This document shows positions 63,970 through 64,000 of a DNA stretch of 64,000 nt, one piece after another. The position numbers were made by a program, and so were the translations under genes. Source of the stretch: a virus; the IMG/VR virus record IMGVR_UViG_3300029267_002600, positions 1 through 64,000 of that record; one strand, written 5' to 3'. The number at the start of each line of letters is the position of its first letter. Positions within the stretch are counted from its first letter, which is position 1. Under the pieces are notes generated by a model. It saw only the letters and a list, made by a program, of their open reading frames with translations. It ran no database searches and was not told the DNA's origin.

Positions 63970-64000
63970 ATGCATGGGCAAATGGTCAGAAAAGACGATT
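63962..64000 (+). CDS. 5' fragment of a further ORF running off the window
   Basis: ATG overlapping the upstream stop region. MAKCMGKWSEKTI... Confidence 0.25.
   Translation, partial: MAKCMGKWSEKTI

Noticed and set aside
1-64000. tRNA, rRNA, integrase, transposase, attachment sites or CRISPR-Cas.
   Set aside because: Scanning the non-coding gaps by eye (1242-1455, 2523-3394, 18059-18215, 43973-44065, 57856-58061, 60155-60625) showed no cloverleaf-like or rRNA-like sequence. No ORF showed tyrosine- or serine-recombinase or DDE motifs that I could recognise. A proper tRNAscan/Infernal/HMM run is still needed.

Overview
The window is a visibly AT-rich, very gene-dense segment. Every credible gene (more than 100) lies on the plus strand, and many have stop/start overlaps (ATGA, TAATG). 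I found no rRNA, tRNA, CRISPR array, integrase or transposase by eye. It reads like part of a large virus-like or other extrachromosomal element. The host is unknown. Lectin/PKD/beta-helix/DUF2341 surface proteins with C-terminal membrane anchors and many N-x-S/T sequons hint at an archaeal host, but hairpin terminators and strong SD-like sites also fit a bacterium. There are four modules. (i) 1-2.5 kb holds small Cys-rich proteins and a SprT-like protease. (ii) 3.4-18.9 kb is morphogenesis-like, with a P-loop NTPase, many membrane proteins, two giant signal-peptide/TM-anchored glycoprotein candidates and a small sequon-rich anchored protein. I recognised no capsid, portal or terminase. (iii) 19.0-47.1 kb is the striking part. 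It holds 25 genes whose products all start with the same basic leader, WKGESRRHSLARKG[VI]KT, fused to unrelated bodies, some of them enzyme-like (ParB-like, nucleotidyltransferase, JAB-like, DUF3140-like). These genes are interleaved with five large lectin/PKD/beta-helix surface proteins; one of two beta-propeller-like paralogues lies within the array and the other just past its distal end. (iv) 48.6-64 kb holds zinc-ribbon and DnaJ-type zinc-finger microgenes, a compositionally foreign DNA methyltransferase, two radical-SAM proteins with a glutaredoxin-like protein, a Cas4-like nuclease, a structured iteron array and a Topo-VI-A/Spo11-like (mini-A-like) protein. All domain calls rest on motifs read by eye. 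No searches were run.
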